DNA from: Methanothrix sp.
GTDB taxonomy: Archaea; Halobacteriota; Methanosarcinia; Methanotrichales; Methanotrichaceae
NCBI GenBank assembly: GCA_037128175.1
Contig: JBAXWY010000013.1
Span: 1 to 57,548 of the forward strand
Length of the DNA: 57,548 nt
Reading direction: 5' to 3'
This document shows positions 1-9,848 of this stretch, in pieces. A program made the translations under genes and the position numbers. Positions within the stretch are counted from its first letter, which is position 1. Each line of letters opens with the position of its first letter. Under the pieces are notes generated by a model. The model was not told where the DNA came from. It did no database searches and was given only the letters and a program-made list of their open reading frames with translations.

Positions 1-290
1 TTCTCTTAGATTCAAAGTAGCTTATGGATCGATCTTCACTCTCCCAGGCGTTCTTGCGCAAAGCAAGTGTCTGATTATAGGTCCACCTGCATAGATCAAG
101 TTGCCTGTTAAATATTGCAACCTGCGCCTTTGTGGGCTTCAATCTATAACGAAACACTTTAGGCATTATCAGCTAATATGCTTCATTGCCTAATATAGTT
201 GTTGATCCAAAGGAAATAACCGCGGGGCACGATTCATCCCGCCTCTGAAGAGGCAGGGATTCTCTGCCCCTGCACCCCGTCCTTCCTAAA
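1..290 (-). mobile_element. IS200/IS605-family (IS1341-like, tnpB-only) element, left-end region
   Basis: Subterminal hairpin GGGGCA..ATCCC-GCCTCT GA AGAGGC-AGGGAT..TGCCCC at 224-270 upstream of tnpB; no room for tnpA before aroD; exact boundary uncertain. Confidence 0.75.
2..166 (-). CDS. tnpB: TnpB (IS200/IS605 RNA-guided nuclease), N-terminal part; runs off window
   Basis: Manual translation MPKVFRYRLKPTKAQVAIFNRQLDLCRWTYNQTLALRKNAWESEDRSISYFESKR fits the OrfB_IS605 HTH N-terminus (FRYRLxPT..Q...CRWxYN). Confidence 0.9.
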   Translation of the reverse strand, partial: MPKVFRYRLKPTKAQVAIFNRQLDLCRWTYNQTLALRKNAWESEDRSISYFESKR

Positions 291-303
291 TCTCATTAAT
301 TAT

Positions 304-954
304 TCACAAGATCAGCTTTCTTGCCAGGCATAGCTCAGCCAGGCTCATCTGTCCGGGAGCCGTGCTCTGTGTGACAAAGCAGTAGGTAAGAGCGGAGCCA
401 TAGAGAGAAGCTACGACGCGCAGATGCCTGGCCATCCGGCCCATGGCGATCATGCAAAGAGGCGTATCTGCATCCAGCAAAAACTGCAAGATCCTCAAAT
501 TATCATGGTGGCTTTTGGGCGTCACGGCGATCTTGGCAATGGCAGCTTTTGTCTTCTTCATCTCCTCGTAGATGCCGGTCAGCTGCAAATCATCCGGCAT
601 GCCCTGGAAGTCGTGATAAGAAACAATCACCGGTTTCATCATTCTGGCAATGGCATTATCTCTTTGATCCGCTAAGAGCTCCACATCCACGTAGTCGGCA
701 TAGTAGGCGGCCTTGATGAGCAGATCGATTCTCTCCCTTTCGCTGCCCTGAAACATTCCCCCCTCCGTCCTGAGACGAGCCGTGGCGATGATGGGCTTGA
801 CGGTGGCCTTTCGCACCGCCTTTATGGTTTGAAGAGGATCGCCTGGGCCGAGCAGGTCCAGTCGCAGCTCGATCATATCTGCATCGCCTGTGGCTTGGAC
901 ATCCTTTTCTGCATCATTTCCCAGGACGGCTACTATGCGCGACTTGTAATTCAT
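304..954 (-). CDS. aroD: Type I 3-dehydroquinate dehydratase
   Basis: IELRLD, VSYHDF, AKIAV, APGQ motifs; directly downstream of DHQ synthase II. Confidence 0.92.
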   Translation of the reverse strand: MNYKSRIVAVLGNDAEKDVQATGDADMIELRLDLLGPGDPLQTIKAVRKATVKPIIATARLRTEGGMFQGSERERIDLLIKAAYYADYVDVELLADQRDNAIARMMKPVIVSYHDFQGMPDDLQLTGIYEEMKKTKAAIAKIAVTPKSHHDNLRILQFLLDADTPLCMIAMGRMARHLRVVASLYGSALTYCFVTQSTAPGQMSLAELCLARKLIL

Positions 955-958
955 GGAT

Positions 959-2080
959 TTATTGCTCCACAATGCTCTCCTCGATCTTCATGCCGAAGTG
1001 GCGGGCCATCTCTTCCAAATGCACCAGCACCTCGTTTCCGGCTTTGAGATCGGTCACCGGCCTGAGTATGCCGTCGGAGCCGACCAACTTTATGGTCTCG
1101 GCATTTTGCAGCAGAGTGCTGATCCTCTGCCCATTGGCCTCCGCCTCGATTAGGATCATGGGCCTCTTCTCGATCTTGGCCCGGCCAACTATGGCCGTTC
1201 TGGCCAGGCCCTCTTTGCTGACGATGGTTACCTCATCTCCCGATTTTAGCTCGGAGAGGTAGCGCGTCTTCTCTCCAACTCGAATGTAAGCGTGCACCGC
1301 GCCGGCATTCACCCGGAAGGGCCGAGCTGCCACGTAGGGGCTCTCTTCAGACTCGCTGTGCACCAGAAAGAATCCTTTGGCCTGGGAGCCGATGAGCATG
1401 CCCTCTCCAAAAGACATCATGCTGGCCGTGTCCACGCAGACCCGATCGCCCATGCCCACGGCTTTGACCGCGGTCACCCTGGCTGATACCAGCTCTATCC
1501 GGCCCTTTTCCGACTGCTCGACTGCGTTCATGACCCTCTTGATCTCAGAAGGATCACGGCTGTCCAGCAGCACTCCATCGGCCCCCTTTTCCAGAGTAGC
1601 CAGCGCTAAACGTGCCTCCTCCGCCGTCTTGACGCCGCTGATGATCTTGACCGGCGCACCCTGCAGTCCAGCGATCATGTTCTCCAGGGGAATGACCTTC
1701 CAGTCCGTGCCGATGACGAGAAGATAGTCTACAATCCGGCCCATCTCCACGGCGAACTCTTCGTACTTCTTGTTGGCAATGACCACATAAGCCGCCTTTG
1801 TCCCGGAAACGGTCTTGGCGAGAGCCCCGTCCAAGGAGCTGCTCTGCTCTTTCGGCAGAGCCACGGTTCCGTCGCCCTCTCCTCCCTTGCCCACAACGAA
1901 AATATCCTCCGCCCCGCTATCTGCACCAAAGCCTGCCACCTTGATCTTGCCAAGCTCCCTCACCCGTTCGATGTTCTCTCTGTCCACCAGCACGCAATCA
2001 AAGCCAGACTCGAGAGCGGTGGTGACCATGGACTTGATCTCCTGCCACGGCCCTTCGGCCATGAGCCACTTCTCTTTCAT
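959..2080 (-). CDS. aroB': 3-dehydroquinate synthase II (archaeal)
   Basis: DWKVIPLEN, GDRVCVDT, RPFRVNAG, LQNAETI, ARHFG motifs. Confidence 0.95.
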   Translation of the reverse strand: MKEKWLMAEGPWQEIKSMVTTALESGFDCVLVDRENIERVRELGKIKVAGFGADSGAEDIFVVGKGGEGDGTVALPKEQSSSLDGALAKTVSGTKAAYVVIANKKYEEFAVEMGRIVDYLLVIGTDWKVIPLENMIAGLQGAPVKIISGVKTAEEARLALATLEKGADGVLLDSRDPSEIKRVMNAVEQSEKGRIELVSARVTAVKAVGMGDRVCVDTASMMSFGEGMLIGSQAKGFFLVHSESEESPYVAARPFRVNAGAVHAYIRVGEKTRYLSELKSGDEVTIVSKEGLARTAIVGRAKIEKRPMILIEAEANGQRISTLLQNAETIKLVGSDGILRPVTDLKAGNEVLVHLEEMARHFGMKIEESIVEQ

Positions 2081-2250
2081 GTGCTACACCAGGGCATTCC
2101 ATTACTAATCTCTTTTGCCGGTTAAGCTAAAAAAATTGGTGGATGTAGTGAGCTGCCATACCCTGCTGACGGTCAACGTGGGCGGAGCGGTGATAACCAG
2201 CTCAGATCTCATGGAAAAGAGCTTAAAGATAAACGCTAAGATGCTTAAGC

Positions 2251-3510
2251 ATGAGCTTTAGGGGTTTCCTCGCGGATCTGAAGAATGACGGACTGCTAAA
2301 AGAGGTTCATGAACCAGCATCTCCCATGCTTGAGGTTACGGATCGTGCCTGGGGAAAAGGCCCCATATTATTTGACAATGTAGATGGTAATAAGTGCTGT
2401 CTGAACATATTGGGAACGCGCCCTCTGCTGGCCAGAGCACTGGGGATTTCAGCCCAAGATCTGGTCAAACATCTCGCCGGTATCGGGTACGATGGTCCCG
2501 TTCGCGAGGTGGACTCTGCGCCCTTTATGGAGTGCGCCAGTAAGCCCGATCTATCCAGGCTGCCCATTATCACTCATTTCAAGGGCGACGGTGGCCCTTA
2601 CATCACCTCCGCCGTAGTAGTAAGCCAGTTTGAAGGAAAACTCAATGCCTGCGTGCACCGGCTCATGGTTCTTGGCAAAGACCGGCTGGCGGCGCGTCTC
2701 GTTCCAGGTCGGCATACTCATCAGTTCTACCAGGCCGCACAGGCCAAGGGAGAAGAAGTACCTGTGGCCATTGCCATCGGCGTGGACCCGCTGCTGCTCA
2801 TGGCCGCGTCCACGCGCGTTCCCCCGGAGAAGGAGTTTTCCTATGCAGCCGCTCTGCGGGGCTCCCCGGTAGAGCTGGTGCGCCTGGAGAACGGCGCTCT
2901 CGCTCCCCATGCCGAGATCGTGCTGGAGGGCTACATCACCGGCGAGCGTGCCAGCGAGGGGCCTTTCGTGGACATCACCGGCACCTCTGATCTTGTCCGA
3001 CAGGAGCCCGTTATCCGGCTCACCAGGATGATGACGCGCGAGGATCCCATCTACCACGGGCTGCTTCCCGCCGGAGGCGAGCACAAGATGCTCATGGGCG
3101 TGCCCTACGAGCCGCTGATTTACAAAGCAGCTTCAAAGGTTGCAAAGGTCAAGAACGTCATCCTGACGGATGGCGGATGCAATTACTTCCACGCCGTGGT
3201 GCAGATCGAGAAAGAGACGGAAGAGGATGCGAAAAGGGTCATCGAGGCGGCCTTCCAGGCGCACGGCTCGCTCAAGCACGTCCTGGTGGTCGATGCGGAC
3301 ATAGACATCTACGACCCGTGCGACCTGGAATTTGCCATTGCCACGCGCATGCGAGCCGATGAGGATCTCGTCATCCACCCCAATGTGCGGGGCAGCACCC
3401 TTGACCCGCGAAGTAGAGATGGCATCACCACCAAGATGGGAGTGGACGCCACAGCCCGGCTGGAGCGGCTCTGGAAGTTTCAGAGGGTCACACCACAGGG
3501 GCAGGGCTGA
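2251..3510 (+). CDS. UbiD family decarboxylase (likely anhydromevalonate phosphate decarboxylase)
   Basis: AEIVLEG, EGPFVDITG, VVDADIDI, GSTLDP, KMGVDAT motifs; specific substrate inferred. Confidence 0.88.
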   Translation: MSFRGFLADLKNDGLLKEVHEPASPMLEVTDRAWGKGPILFDNVDGNKCCLNILGTRPLLARALGISAQDLVKHLAGIGYDGPVREVDSAPFMECASKPDLSRLPIITHFKGDGGPYITSAVVVSQFEGKLNACVHRLMVLGKDRLAARLVPGRHTHQFYQAAQAKGEEVPVAIAIGVDPLLLMAASTRVPPEKEFSYAAALRGSPVELVRLENGALAPHAEIVLEGYITGERASEGPFVDITGTSDLVRQEPVIRLTRMMTREDPIYHGLLPAGGEHKMLMGVPYEPLIYKAASKVAKVKNVILTDGGCNYFHAVVQIEKETEEDAKRVIEAAFQAHGSLKHVLVVDADIDIYDPCDLEFAIATRMRADEDLVIHPNVRGSTLDPRSRDGITTKMGVDATARLERLWKFQRVTPQGQG

Positions 3511-3622
3511 AAGCCCCTTTGCTTTTCAGTTCAGATCTCCAGGTAGAGGCGTATACTAAAGACAACGCCCACTGCCAAGATGATTGATAGCATCAGGGCC
3601 AGGACCTGCAACATCATCTCGC

Positions 3623-4660
3623 TCATTTTATCACATCGATCGGCTTAACTCTCTCTGGCCGAAATCGCCGGGACTGGGTGGGCGCCAGAACCTGGGCAGA
3701 TTTCACGCCCGTAATTATGGCCATCAGTTTCACCTTTCCGGTAAAATCAGGCCGAATTCTCGCCCCCCAGATGACGTTGGCCCTGGGGTCCAGTTCTTGA
3801 GTAAGCGCCCCGGCTATGGCGGCGGCTTCCTTCATGGTCATATCCGGCCCGCCGGTCATGTGCAAAAGGCAGGCCCCAGCACCGCGATAGTCTACGTCGA
3901 GCAGGGGATTTTTCAAAGCCGTGCGCACGATCTTCTCCGGGCTGCTCTTCATCTTGCCCTCGCCCACAAACATGAAGGATGCCCCCCCGGCGCCCATAAC
4001 GGTGCAAACGTCGGCAAAGTCCAGATTGATGAGCGAGGGACTAGTCAGGGTCTCGCAGATGCCCTGCACGATCTCGGCGATGATCTGATCGACAATGAAG
4101 AAAGCGTGCTGGAAGGGAAGATGGGGCGCGCATTCTAAAAGGCGGTTGTTATCCATGACGATTGAGGTATCTGCGTAGCCAGAGAGCGCCTCCAGCCCCT
4201 CCTCGGCCACAAAGATGCGCGCCCTCTCCAGGTGAAAGGGCGTGGTTACCATGGCCACCACAATTGCGCCCCGCTCTTTGGCCAGGCGGGCCACAACCGG
4301 GGCCGAGCCCGTGCCCGTGCCGCCGCCCAAGCCCGCGATCACAAAGACCAGGTCGGCTCCGCGAAGCAAGCTCTCCAGCTCGGCTGCCGCCAGCTCCGCC
4401 GCCTTTCTGCCCACCTCGGGATCGCCGCCCGCGCCCATGCCACGGGTGAGCTTTTGCCCGATCAGGATCTTCTCGTCCGCCTGGGCCGTTTTCAGATGCT
4501 GGTTGTCTGTGTTGATGGCCACGGTCTTTGCTCCGGCTAGACCCATCCTGGCCAGCCGGCTCACGGTGTTATTGCCTGCACCTCCGCAGCCGACGACCAG
4601 GATCTTGGGCATGCCAAAACCGTCTTCGTATTCTTTAGACTCACGTAGATCTGACTGCAA
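3623..4660 (-). CDS. ftsZ: Cell division protein FtsZ (FtsZ2-like N-terminus)
   Basis: VVGCGGAGNN, GAGGDPEVG, GLGGGTGTG tubulin signature, INLDFAD. Confidence 0.95.
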   Translation of the reverse strand: MQSDLRESKEYEDGFGMPKILVVGCGGAGNNTVSRLARMGLAGAKTVAINTDNQHLKTAQADEKILIGQKLTRGMGAGGDPEVGRKAAELAAAELESLLRGADLVFVIAGLGGGTGTGSAPVVARLAKERGAIVVAMVTTPFHLERARIFVAEEGLEALSGYADTSIVMDNNRLLECAPHLPFQHAFFIVDQIIAEIVQGICETLTSPSLINLDFADVCTVMGAGGASFMFVGEGKMKSSPEKIVRTALKNPLLDVDYRGAGACLLHMTGGPDMTMKEAAAIAGALTQELDPRANVIWGARIRPDFTGKVKLMAIITGVKSAQVLAPTQSRRFRPERVKPIDVIK

Positions 4661-4851
4661 TTGCTTATTTCCCCCTCATTGCTAGATTAACTAAATAGTG
4701 ATATATGTTAATAATTATTGCGGACAAGTGCTTGAACGCTTTAAAGTCGTTTGTAGACTATTGAGACAACGACCCATCTACGCCCCTCCGCCCTCCAATT
4801 GCTTCTTCAATCCCTAGGTTTAAATCTTTTGAAGATTCAATACATATCGAC

Positions 4852-5202
4852 ATGTTCTGTGAATACATTCATGCGGCGCTGTCCAAAGCAACCTATGAGA
4901 TCATTGAAGACGAAGAACCATTTTATGGAGAGATTTCAGAACTGCGAGGTGTCTGGGCAATCGGAAAAAACCTGGAAGAATGCCGTGAAAATTTAAGAGG
5001 CGTTGTCGAAGGCTGGATCGCTTTGAGGTTGAGGTTGGGGCTGGCAATCCCTCATGTCGGCGGGCGCACTCGAACTGAGAATCAAGCGATGCTTGATGAT
5101 CAAGAAGATTTCACTGCGCTCTCAGCCAAGCTCATCTCGGATCTCATTGATGGAGAACCGGATACAGGCCATCTTCCTGATATGATTATTCGATTTAGAT
5201 GA
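4852..5202 (+). CDS. HicB family antitoxin with atypical C-terminal tail; no adjacent hicA
   Basis: EYIHAAL..A.YEI.ED...FYGEI..L.GVWA.G..LEECRENL..VVEGW pattern. Confidence 0.8.
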   Translation: MFCEYIHAALSKATYEIIEDEEPFYGEISELRGVWAIGKNLEECRENLRGVVEGWIALRLRLGLAIPHVGGRTRTENQAMLDDQEDFTALSAKLISDLIDGEPDTGHLPDMIIRFR

Positions 5203-5274
5203 GCAGGTGCGTCGCGAGATATTTTAAGTCATGGTCTTCGCCATTACCTTTTTAACCAGGGTTTACGGAAGAAA

Positions 5275-5399
5275 ACCACAGAGGCGCAGAGCGCACAGAG
5301 GACGAACGAACGGAGAACTACGATTATCACGGAGTCAATTTTCTAGGCTTTTCAAGTTTGTTGGACTGGAGACAACGAAGTTTGCGAGTCTCTGTGGTT
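5275..5399. repeat. CACAGAG-type inverted repeat element, copy 1
   Basis: AACCACAGAGGCGCAGAGCGCACAGAG (5275-5300) with inverted CTCTGTGGTT at about 5390-5399. Confidence 0.6.
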
Positions 5400-5484
5400 A
5401 ATAATTGCGAAGAGCCGATAATTGCTTGAAGTCCGATCTCTAAAATCAGGAAGTAAAGCCAGAAATTAAGCTGTAATTGGGTGT

Positions 5485-5898
5485 ATGACGTCATTATTAC
5501 GGGGCGCAGATGATCTGGCAGAGTTCATCGCCGAAAATTACAGAGGGCGCGTGGTCGAGGTGGGGGTGGGCTACTTTGCCGATGTGGCCCTTGGCCTGCA
5601 AGCGCGCGGCCTGGATGTGGTGCTCACCGATAAAGAGGAGCGGCTTCTGGGCGGCCTGCGGGTGGAGAAGGATGACATATTCTCGCCCCGGCTGGAGCTG
5701 TACCGTGGGGCAAGCCTGCTCTATTCCATTCGCCCGCCTCTGGAGCTGCAACTGGCCATGGGCCTGCTGGCCTTGAAGCTTTGCGCGGATGTACTGGTCC
5801 GGCCACTGATGGACGAGGTGACTGAGCTGCAGGGCTTTGCCCGGCGGCTGGTCAATCGCGGGGAGGCGAGGTTCTATTTGTTTTCGGCAAGGGCGTAG
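5485..5898 (+). CDS. UPF0146 family protein
   Basis: VVEVGVG, DDIFSP...Y.GA.LLYSIRPP.ELQ. Confidence 0.9.
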   Translation: MTSLLRGADDLAEFIAENYRGRVVEVGVGYFADVALGLQARGLDVVLTDKEERLLGGLRVEKDDIFSPRLELYRGASLLYSIRPPLELQLAMGLLALKLCADVLVRPLMDEVTELQGFARRLVNRGEARFYLFSARA

Positions 5899-6464
5899 CG
5901 TGGGCGAGCTTTTGATGGCCATACCTCAGGATCCGCGTTCAATTTCCTTCCTGTCCCCGCCCGCCCTAGCCCGTCTGCCCATGCGCGAGAGGCCGCGCGC
6001 GGGCATGGACCGCCCCGCTGCAATGCTTCCGATGAGCAGGGGTAGAGTAGCTGAGGCACGCATCCACAGGCCGAAAAAAGGCAACAAGAGATACGATGCA
6101 GAAAAACCCAATTAGAGAAACCAAAGAATGTATGGGAGAGCCTTCAAGATGTATCTAACCGGTACGATTTGATGCTTCTCAGAGGCTCCTATATATTGAT
6201 GGTATTTTTAAATATTTAAATTTAATTAAATCTGCATAGTGCCATTATTGATGAAGGATATGATCCATAGAATAACCCTCTGCAAGGACTTCTCGCGAAA
6301 CCACCGCGAGGGCTCCCCGCCGGATAGAAGACAGCCATCCATCCACCCTTGGCCGGCAGCTCGCGAGAGTGCACAAAAGGCTGCCTGGAGAATGGGAGTG
6401 TATCGAAAGATAGATATCTAATATGTGCAAAAGTTCATAGGTTTGCATAAAGAGGTGTTAATAC

Positions 6465-6965
6465 ATGAAAAAGACAAACGCGTTTCTGGCCGTTATTGTG
6501 TTGCTTATCGTTGCAATAAGTATGGTTAATGCAGCTCAACCAGTTGTCCGTCCTGGTAGATCGATTGAATCAATGCAAAACCCACCGATAAATGCACCCA
6601 CTATAGACATCATTTTAATAAAAATAGCACCAGCTTCAGCTGGCAACAGCGAGCCGGTAAATGTCGGTGTCAAGGTTATATCCGGTGCGACTCACCAGGA
6701 TATTTGTGGATTGGATGCATCCAATTTTTATTTGGACACGCTTACAGTACCTCCTGGCGGTCCGGCCATCGTTATAAAAAATGTCCTCCCCACATCTTCA
6801 GTGGCTATAAACCAACCAGTAAGCTGCGACTATTGGCTCTACCTAGTCCCAACCTCGTTCCAGGGTAACCAATATACCTGGTTAACAGGAACGTATACGC
6901 TTAAATTATATTATGTGGCGAATGGGCAACAACTCGCTAATAGAACGTTTAGCTTTAGAGTTTGA
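6465..6965 (+). CDS. Secreted hypothetical protein (beta-rich)
   Basis: Signal peptide MKKTNAFLAVIVLLIVAISMVNA; GAGGTG RBS; lower GC. Confidence 0.8.
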   Translation: MKKTNAFLAVIVLLIVAISMVNAAQPVVRPGRSIESMQNPPINAPTIDIILIKIAPASAGNSEPVNVGVKVISGATHQDICGLDASNFYLDTLTVPPGGPAIVIKNVLPTSSVAINQPVSCDYWLYLVPTSFQGNQYTWLTGTYTLKLYYVANGQQLANRTFSFRV

Positions 6966-7041
6966 AACGTGCCGATCCCGAGTATTACCTGATGAGGGAC
7001 AAAAATAGGTAGATATGGCTGAGCCGGCACAGCGTGCAGGC

Positions 7042-7449
7042 TCAAGCCGTAATCTTGGTCTTGACGATGTACTTGATAAGCTCCGGGCCGATCCTGGCCT
7101 TCCTCTGAATCTGATCGGCCACATCGTCAGCGGATGCTCCGTTAGCGGCCAGAGCGCGAATCTCCTCCAACATGCGATCGTCCACTGTGAAGTACTCATC
7201 CAGATCCTTTCTGTGGCCCCATACGTCGCCTTCCAGCATATCAATGCCCTGCATATCCAGGAATACCTGGATGGCATTGGACATGGTCTTGCGGTAGGAT
7301 GGAGGAACCTGAATCATCCTCAACCTGGGACACCTCTGCATCAGGTTAAGGAAATCTACATTGCTGGCCCGAAAAGCCAGATGAACGGTCTTCTCATTGG
7401 GGTTCAAATTGGGGATCTCAGTTCTGGCGCTGATTACTCTAAGTCTCAT
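7042..7449 (-). CDS. DUF1699 family protein
   Basis: [37 protein letters not shown]. Confidence 0.9.
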   Translation of the reverse strand: MRLRVISARTEIPNLNPNEKTVHLAFRASNVDFLNLMQRCPRLRMIQVPPSYRKTMSNAIQVFLDMQGIDMLEGDVWGHRKDLDEYFTVDDRMLEEIRALAANGASADDVADQIQRKARIGPELIKYIVKTKITA

Positions 7450-7585
7450 TTTAGCACTCCATATCTTAAAAGGCATTCCTAATATTAATAGACACTTCCG
7501 CTATACACATCATATTAAAACGATTGCGACAGATACAAGCGAGACCGCGATTCAGCTCACACCCACCAGTCGTCCAACGCCGGAC

Positions 7586-7593
7586 TTTATAAA
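7586..7593 (+). promoter_or_regulatory. TATA box of tbp (probably leaderless mRNA)
   Basis: TTTATAAA about 23 nt upstream of ATG 7616. Confidence 0.55.
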
Positions 7594-7615
7594 GAGTGGT
7601 TTCAAATACTTAGGT

Positions 7616-8167
7616 ATGGAGTCCACAATAAACATCGAGAACGTGGTGGCATCCACCAAGCTGACAGAAGCGTTCGACCTGCACAAGATCGACGCGGAGC
7701 TGGAGGGGGCCGAGTACAACAAGAAGAAGTTCCCCGGTCTTGTCTACAGAGTCAAGGTCCCTAAAGCTGCATTTCTCATATTCACTTCCGGCAAGGTAGT
7801 ATGCACCGGATCCAAGAACGTCGAGGATGTTCGCACGGCGATCATCAATCTGGCCAAGACGCTCAAGTCTATCGGCTTCGAGAATATCAATATGGAGCCC
7901 GAGATCCACATTCAGAATGTTGTGGCTTCTGCTGACCTGAAGACCCGTTTGAACATGAACGCCGTAGCCCTGGGCCTGGGCCTGGAGAACATAGAGTACG
8001 AGCCGGAGCAGTTTCCGGGGCTAATTTACAGGATCAAGCAGCCCAAGGTGGTGGTACTCATATTCGGCTCCGGCAAACTGGTGATCACGGGCGGCAAATC
8101 GCAAGAGGACTGCGTTGAAGGCGCGCGGATCGTCAAGATGCAGCTTGAGAACATGGGGCTGCTTTAG
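7616..8167 (+). CDS. tbp: TATA-box-binding protein
   Basis: Two repeats: IENVVAS/IQNVVAS, FPGLVYR/FPGLIYR, LIFTSGK/LIFGSGK; start trimmed from the ORF track. Confidence 0.97.
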   Translation: MESTINIENVVASTKLTEAFDLHKIDAELEGAEYNKKKFPGLVYRVKVPKAAFLIFTSGKVVCTGSKNVEDVRTAIINLAKTLKSIGFENINMEPEIHIQNVVASADLKTRLNMNAVALGLGLENIEYEPEQFPGLIYRIKQPKVVVLIFGSGKLVITGGKSQEDCVEGARIVKMQLENMGLL

Positions 8168-8231
8168 GCACTTCCCCGGGCCTACCATCCTCATGGCCTG
8201 GCGCACGCTCACTTAGAATTATTATAGTTTT

Positions 8232-8636
8232 TTAAGCTGATGATGGTTGTCCCACCCAGCGCTCGCCCTTCTCTCCGATCTCCTTCTTCCAGAGAGGTGC
8301 TCTTTTTTTCAGCTCCTCAATTATGTATCTGCAGCCGGAGAACGCCTCCTCCCGGTGTGCTGCCGAGCAGACGATGGCTAAGATGCTCTCGCCTACGGCC
8401 AGCGTCCCAGTCCGGTGCACGACCTCCGCCGCGATAAGATGGAAGCGGCTCATGGCCTCCTCTTGAATGGCTTCCAGCTCCATTAGCGCTGCCTCCCGGA
8501 AGGCCTCCACCTCCATCCTCTCCATGCCGTCATCCCGGACGGTGCCAAGGAACGTAACCATAGCTCCGGCATCCTTGCTTCTCGCCCTCTTTATCATCTC
8601 GTCCAGGGAGATCTCCGTCTCGGTTATCTGGATCAT
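8232..8636 (-). CDS. moaE: Molybdopterin synthase catalytic subunit
   Basis: GAMVTFLGTVR, HRTG.L.VGE, HREEAF, LKKRAPLWKKE. Confidence 0.93.
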   Translation of the reverse strand: MIQITETEISLDEMIKRARSKDAGAMVTFLGTVRDDGMERMEVEAFREAALMELEAIQEEAMSRFHLIAAEVVHRTGTLAVGESILAIVCSAAHREEAFSGCRYIIEELKKRAPLWKKEIGEKGERWVGQPSSA

Positions 8637-8642
8637 TGGGAC

Positions 8643-8921
8643 CTAGCCCCCGGCCAGGGGTGGGAAGATGGCCAGCTCGTCTCCCTCTTGCAGCGGTCGG
8701 GACAGGTCCTGGGTAGGATCGATCCTCTTTCGGTTGACCATAAGCAGAACGTAGTCGCGAAGAGCGCCGGTGTCGTCAAAGGCCGCATCTTTAAACGCCG
8801 GCCTGGCAACGGCCAGCTCTTCCAGCAGATCTTTTACCGTTGCGCTCTCCTTTAAGAGCAGCACCCGCTCTTTTCCGAGAATCTCCCGGAAGCTTGCAAA
8901 CGCCAGAACCATAATCCGCAT
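8643..8921 (-). CDS. MoaD/SAMP1-like ubiquitin-fold sulfur carrier
   Basis: FASFRE..G, GDELAIFPPLAGG C-terminal di-Gly. Confidence 0.92.
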   Translation of the reverse strand: MRIMVLAFASFREILGKERVLLLKESATVKDLLEELAVARPAFKDAAFDDTGALRDYVLLMVNRKRIDPTQDLSRPLQEGDELAIFPPLAGG

Positions 8922-8934
8922 GCTTCAACCACGT

Positions 8935-9306
8935 TTATTTTTTATACATATCGCCAAAGCTGGAGGGAACAGGTCCGGAATCTGCCTTGCCTTTCAGGCC
9001 ACCCAGCTTCAAGGACTTTTTGATCTTTTCATTCTCATTTTCCCTCAGCCGGGCGATCTCTTCCTCTGAGTCTATGCCCATGACGAAGGCACCGTGACAG
9101 GGCTTGACGTAAGTGAAGAGCATCTCCGTTCCCCGCACGCCTATAGCCACGGGGGGCACGCCGATGATATAGTAGTCCTTAAAGAGCTTGTAGCCGGGAT
9201 CTACGTAGTAGACCTCATCAGAGTTCTTCTCGATGTACTCGCGGGCGTCCTTGAAGGAGGTGCGTTCCAGGTGCAGATTGTACTTCATCTGCTCGATACA
9301 GCTCAC
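8935..9306 (-). CDS. DUF1894 family protein
   Basis: MSCIE.M.Y, IIGVPPVAIG, YVKPCHG; paired with DUF1890. Confidence 0.85.
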   Translation of the reverse strand: MSCIEQMKYNLHLERTSFKDAREYIEKNSDEVYYVDPGYKLFKDYYIIGVPPVAIGVRGTEMLFTYVKPCHGAFVMGIDSEEEIARLRENENEKIKKSLKLGGLKGKADSGPVPSSFGDMYKK

Positions 9307-9761
9307 AAAACCACCTTATCGATCTTATTTTTAAGGGGATTGGGGTTGTGGGTGGCCTTGGCCACGATCTTCTCCGCAGGAAAGTCGATGCTCTCCCCCA
9401 GAGCCTCGGCATTCTTGCCGAATACCACCGCAAAAAGCCTGGCCTTGGAGATGGCACTGAATGTGGCAGCGTAAGTCATGCCGGCATCGCTGTGCATGAA
9501 GGCGAAGCATACGTCAAAGTCGATCTTCTTTTCCACGACGTCACCAATCAGCTCGTCCAGATCGACCGTCTTTTGCACATAGTAGCTCTCCGGGTCGGCG
9601 ACCTTGAGCAGCTTGACAGCCGCATCCGTGCCGGCTACGGTCACATCCCATCCGGATTTTTTTAGCTTATGGGTGAGATAGATTACCATGCTCATCTGCA
9701 CCGGCACTTCCGGACAGCCCATCACCAACAATGCCTTTTTGCCTTCGCTCATATCTTCCAT
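9303..9761 (-). CDS. DUF1890 family protein
   Basis: KALLVMGCPEVPVQ, LLKVADP, HSDAG..YA.T, HNPNPL. Confidence 0.88.
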   Translation of the reverse strand: MEDMSEGKKALLVMGCPEVPVQMSMVIYLTHKLKKSGWDVTVAGTDAAVKLLKVADPESYYVQKTVDLDELIGDVVEKKIDFDVCFAFMHSDAGMTYAATFSAISKARLFAVVFGKNAEALGESIDFPAEKIVAKATHNPNPLKNKIDKVVL

Positions 9762-9848
9762 CTCTTGGCTATGATCCTAGATTGGCTCATCACTATTTTC
9801 CTGTAGCTAACCCGAGGTTACAATGGTTTACCAGTTGTTAGTTAGTCG

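Noticed and set aside
7397-7615. N-terminal TM-like extension on TBP in the ORF track
   Set aside because: Overlaps the divergent DUF1699 gene and promoter; the TATA box points to ATG 7616
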